Shown here: positions 61,628 through 64,000 of the stretch, in pieces | Numbering within the stretch: the first letter of the stretch is position 1 | How the letters are laid out: each line of letters begins with the position of its first letter | Assembly: GCA_965153285.1 (NCBI GenBank) | Contig: OZ229115.1 | From: Podarcis tiliguerta | Taxonomy: Eukaryota | Length of the DNA: 64,000 bases | Reading direction: 5' to 3' (one strand) | Notes under the pieces: model-generated | Database searches by the model: none | The model's input: only the letters and a program-made list of their open reading frames with translations | Told to the model about the DNA's origin: nothing | Made by a program: the position numbers and the translations under genes

Positions 61628-61767
61628 ATCTACCTGACATTTAGAAGACATCTGAACGCCTGTTCAGGGAAGTTTTTAATGTGTGACATGTTAATGTATC
61701 TTTAATCTTTGTTGGAAGCCTCCCAGAGTGGCTGGGGAAACCCAGCCAGATGGGCAGGGTACAAATA

Positions 61768-61813
<46 letters not shown>
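61628..61813 (+). mobile_element. L2 LINE 3' end with (TAT)n tail
   Basis: Same family as 6501-6788. Confidence 0.85.
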
Positions 61814-61815
<2 letters not shown>

Positions 61816-63029
61816 GACCTGAAAGTTCAAATCTTCTTTCCTTTCAAAGCCTCTATTGTCAAATTAGATATCATATTAAAATGTATTTTCATTCCCCCCT
61901 CTAGAAAAAAATATATGCCAGGATTCAGCTGGTATTCAAGCTTGAAATATTGAACTGTGTCCTGAAAAAGAGTACCACATTTCATTTCAACAGAGTTATC
62001 TCATTGCAAACAACCAGACAAATGCTTGACAGACAGACTAGCTAAACCCCTTTGCTTGGCCCAGGCCAAGCCCTGTGTACAGATCCTGTGTATGGAGAGT
62101 TTGTCTTGCTGGATCAGGCCTGAGCACAGAAAGATGCTCAGTGTTGTCCAAGGTATTCTCTATCCCCTGTTTGAGTAGAAGGATCCAGGATCCAGACCCC
62201 CACAGCTAAAGCTGACTACGCCAATCTTCCATTCATCAAGTCATATGTAAAATTTTCATGAGCACTTTGGGAAACAGAAGCATTTGGCAACCGTTCCCAC
62301 GTTATCTTTATAGACACAGAAATGGCATGCACAACAACTTTTTAAAAATGTAAACTGCAGAGAAGCCTGCAATCTTACTGTTATCTGAGAACAGAACGAT
62401 CAGTGACAAGGAAGCAGGGAAGCTAGCACCCCACTGTGTTATTTGTTGGAAACAGTACTGTATGATATGTCATTTTCCTGGAGTTGTTCGTTCATTCATT
62501 TCCACACATTCTCTCTCAGTCTTGAATAAATCTGAATGGCAGAAAACAGAGTGAGTGAGTGCTGCTTCTACTCACATTGGAATGAGCCTCACAGCTAATG
62601 AGCCAACCGCAAGCTCCTGCCTCTCATCCTCTGTCTACGGGACTCAAATGCTGTGAATCTGAATAATCCCTGCCCTAAGCACTCGGGGGTGTAAGTGGAT
62701 GAGGTTTTGTGAGTGGTGTTTTAGAAGGGGTTGTGTCAGCATTTCCAGTGCAGGCTAGTCCATTATGGCAAGTAGACCACTGCCTGACCAATCTCACTTC
62801 GCCCTCAGATAGCCCCCACCTGCCTGATTTCCTACTTACAGCCAATGGACAGGCTGAGGTTATCTGTCAGTTTAGCACTGCCCTTGTAGTGTTCAACAGG
62901 GAGGAGGCCAGGGCAAAAGTAGAATTTGTCACGGCTAAAAATTGGCCGCTGTTTCTTTAATGCTAAAAGAACTAAGTCAGCATGAGTCAGCGGCCTACAA
63001 TGACTCGTGCAACCTTTCACCTAATTGTA

Positions 63030-63271
63030 CAGTGGTTCCTCAGGTTACATACACTTCAGGTTACATACGCTTCAGGTTACAGACTCCGTTAACCCAGAAA
63101 TAGTACTTCAGGTTAAGAACTTTGCTTCAGGATGAGAACAGAAATCGGGTTCCGGCGGCATGGCAGCAGTGGGAGGCCCCATTAGCTAAAGTGGTGCTTC
63201 AGGTTAAGAACAGTTTCAGGTTAAGTACAGACCTCCGGAACAAATTAAGTACTTAACCTGAGGTACCACTG
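63030..63271 (-). mobile_element. Tigger/pogo-like MITE
   Basis: TA|cagtggttcctcaggtta...taacctgaggtaccactg|TA. Confidence 0.92.
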
Positions 63272-63930
63272 TACCTGTATAGAGTGGTCAATGTTAGTGT
63301 TGGGTGTGGGTTGGTCGGATGGTAGAAAGCTGGTTGATTTGATATGTATAAAGCTGTCGGTCGTGGTTGGAGAAGAAGATTTTTATAACAAAAGCATCAT
63401 TCTGCAAAGTACTCTATCTCAAGGACTCTTTGTTCTGACTAGGGTCCGAGGACCAGGCAAAGGAGCTCAGAACCTTTCCCTTTTTCAAACACTGATAGAA
63501 TTGGTTGGCTCTGCCTGTCATTGGCACTTGATCGACCTACCATTAGTCTCCCTGACTTCTGACCCACCAATCCCAATAGGCACCAGCCACCACTGAGGAT
63601 TTCCCATCAAACAGTGGCATAGCGTTGGTTGCCACTGCCCAGGACTTGTGTGGAGGCACTGGGTTGGAGGGAAATAGACAGTGTATGCATGCTCATTCAA
63701 TGTCTCAATGGTGTCTATGTCACACAGTAGAATGAAGCTACAGAGATAAGAAAATAAGTGTCATTCTGTTGTCTGGAGAGGTCACTTCTTGGTTTGCGTG
63801 GAGAAGTCATTTTCTACTGGGACCAGCGTATTGAGGCAGGGTGTTGAAATTTTCCACTGCCCCCCCCCCAACGCTACACCACTGCCATCAATGTCCAAAA
63901 TATCCAAAGCCAGCATTGCTTAACCGTGTG

Positions 63931-63931
<1 letters not shown>

Positions 63932-63975
<44 letters not shown>
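63932..63975. repeat. (CT)n(GT)n microsatellite
   Basis: Seen directly. Confidence 0.95.
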
Positions 63976-64000
63976 TTGTTTCCACTGTCATCTCTCAATG

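Overview
Eukaryotic (vertebrate) genomic DNA, almost certainly from a squamate and most likely a lacertid lizard. This is inferred from the co-occurrence of Sauria SINEs, BovB/RTE, CR1 with an (ATTCT)n tail, L2 with (TAT)n tails, and many hAT, Tc1-mariner and Harbinger-type MITEs. I recognise no host protein-coding exon; the window reads as a large intron or intergenic region. The only long real ORF is the reverse-transcriptase half of a young, internally deleted CR1 LINE (9044-10814). Other contents are a 150-N gap, a 3'-truncated U6 snRNA retrocopy, a solo LTR with a perfect 5-bp TSD, an 831-bp CpG-rich LTR-like element with no TSD, a Tc2/pogo-type MITE carrying a 119-bp tandem array of covarying hairpins, several nested or chimeric insertions, microsatellites, and TE-poor AT-rich stretches that resemble conserved enhancers. 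I found no convincing new biological system; the best leads are unusual transposon architectures. Family names come from recalled consensus features, not database searches.
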